From: an uncultured cyanobacterium
GTDB lineage: Bacteria; Cyanobacteriota; Cyanobacteriia; CAKZMO01
Reading direction: 5' to 3'
Length of the DNA: 64,000 bases
Assembly: GCA_963719515.1 (NCBI GenBank)
Contig: CAVRCJ010000010.1
Location: 840,778 to 904,777 of the forward strand
The notes under the pieces: generated by a model
Seen by the model: only the letters and a program-made list of their open reading frames with translations
Database searches by the model: none
Told to the model about the DNA's origin: nothing
Position numbers and translations under genes: made by a program
Shown here: in pieces, positions 62,397 through 64,000 of the stretch
Layout of the letters: each line of letters opens with the position of its first letter
How positions within the stretch are numbered: the first letter of the stretch is position 1

Positions 62397-63155
62397 CTAG
62401 CTGCGGACGTTGTATTCAGGTTCTTGTCCGGGGATCTGAACCGAGAACCCGCCATATTTCCTGATCAAAGACAGCAGAGTGTAGATTAATATGATGCAGC
62501 CCATCATTTCAAAAGCTTCCTCTATCGTTACCATAATTTGATAAGGAAACTTCTCTTTTCTCAGCATTATATTAGAAATGTCCGCGCTTAAATATTGTCC
62601 TTCTAACATTTCAAGACCGACGGCACCAGACACGTAGACGAAAGCCGATGTGACCATAAGGTAGCGGTGTCTTATGTCAATTTTTTTCAAGAAAGGCAGC
62701 GTTATTATTAATACTACAAATCCCAAAATGCAGTAGGGAATAATCCAAGAGTTTGTGAAGAAACCGGACGTCTCGAATAGCTTTGACGTTGGCTCTATAA
62801 GCTTCTCATGAATCGCCAGCACTTCGTCAGCTGACAAAAAGCAAAACACAGCACTGAGAAAAGCCGAGGCTCGTTTGACCTTGATTGGAGCCTTTGTAAA
62901 CACCAAAATTGCAAACAGAAAACCGGACACAAACAGTAGTCCTCCAGAGAAAAGCGTTGGCAAGCTTTTCTCTTGATCGAAGTCAAATATGCTGATCAGA
63001 GTTTGGGCAATCTGACTCTCTGTTCCAATAGAGTATCGGAGAATCAGTAGACTAAGCTGACAGCTGAGCAAGAAAGCAACGAAAAAAGTAAGTATCCGAG
63101 CAGCGTTGAGCGGCTGAAACGTGAAACCTGATTTTTGGCTGGGATGAAGCATCAT
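62397..63155 (-). CDS. Hypothetical multi-pass membrane protein, low GC
   Basis: About six hydrophobic segments, DE..IHE and EE..EM motifs; AT-rich relative to the window. Confidence 0.7.
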   Translation of the reverse strand: MMLHPSQKSGFTFQPLNAARILTFFVAFLLSCQLSLLILRYSIGTESQIAQTLISIFDFDQEKSLPTLFSGGLLFVSGFLFAILVFTKAPIKVKRASAFLSAVFCFLSADEVLAIHEKLIEPTSKLFETSGFFTNSWIIPYCILGFVVLIITLPFLKKIDIRHRYLMVTSAFVYVSGAVGLEMLEGQYLSADISNIMLRKEKFPYQIMVTIEEAFEMMGCIILIYTLLSLIRKYGGFSVQIPGQEPEYNVRS

Positions 63156-64000
63156 AGACTGAAACCTTTCAGGCTGGAAAATAGAAACTTATATTTTTAA
63201 TTGGGGAAATGACGCAGTCTGGAACAGACAACGCATTCTTAGGTTAAGATAAGGTTAATCTAACTTTAAGAATGGCGGCTTGAAAATACTTTTCAAGAAA
63301 TTTTACTTAAGCAAAATGCTATTCAGGGCAGAGGATAAGATTACATAAATTTTGTGAAAAGAGTCCTGTGGAGCCACATTCCTCTGTGGCAAGCTGGATA
63401 CATTATTGAGACTAGAGGTCAAAGCCTGATGCTGCGCAGCCGTTGAGGCGCTTAAGGCACTGCTGAATCCGGTGATTTGTCTGGCCTGCTAAGTTCTCTC
63501 TCCGGTTGAAGCAAAGACGCGGGTGCGGCAGGGTTTCGGGGCTGACCAACCTCCCACCTGCATCGAGATTTCTCAGCCCTTCCCGATAGGGAAAACCATA
63601 GCTGCAGCGATGACGACCCATCATTGCTGCCTCGGTTGAGAGAATATTGAACTGCAGATGAAAGAGCTTCATAAGTTCGTCAATCGGCCATACGCAAAAA
63701 TAGTCTACCCAAAAATCTCCATAGGGCCACTAGCTCGGTCATGCATCAGAAGCGCTCAGTGAAAGAATTCTACAGACTGGTCAAGTCGGTAATATCAGAG
63801 CAGCGAGACAACCTATCAAAACTGATCGGAGCTGGCTTTGGAGACTTTCTCTAATCGCTCTACGACCACATCAAATTTATTCGAGCAGGAGCTGTCGGCC
63901 AGCTGTTTTTCGACAAATCGTGGAAGCAGGTCGCTACAGATGTTGCCGACCATGTCCATATCGATTGAAACAAGACGCTAAATGGTCGCCGCTGGAAGGA

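Overview
GC-rich cyanobacterial chromosomal DNA: the HIP1 octamer GCGATCGC is pervasive and psbZ, an HLIP and a CpcT-type lyase are present. Most of the window is housekeeping: an ARTO-type oxidase operon with a GMC oxidoreductase, selD-selU, psbZ-ribH, rpmB, lpdA-trpC, mntCAB, glmU, obgE, rplS-tRNA(Trp)-secE-nusG-rplKAJL, perR/prx/gor and squalene synthase. Three accessory themes stand out. (1) A putative conflict/defence locus at about 6.2-12.3 kb. A CHAT(caspase-like)-TIR gene ends in A_AAA_AAG-TAG, with an upstream GGAG and a downstream 10-bp hairpin, and its -1 frame runs directly into a P-loop ATPase; this is a candidate programmed -1 frameshift giving short and long isoforms. It is followed by a small ORF with a structured leader, a VapBC-like pair and a second, related ATPase with G-V-A-x membrane repeats that is heavily frameshifted. 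(2) An IS200/IS605 group: one tnpB element with intact catalytic motifs and three non-coding derivatives (two near-identical 392-bp copies). All four lie directly 3' of TTTAG, and the derivatives keep a -10-like motif and an omegaRNA-like right end. (3) A lower-GC TIR + FGE/C-lectin gene whose 3' end looks like a DGR variable repeat, with no RT or template repeat in the window. All calls come from reading motifs by eye; no database searches were run.
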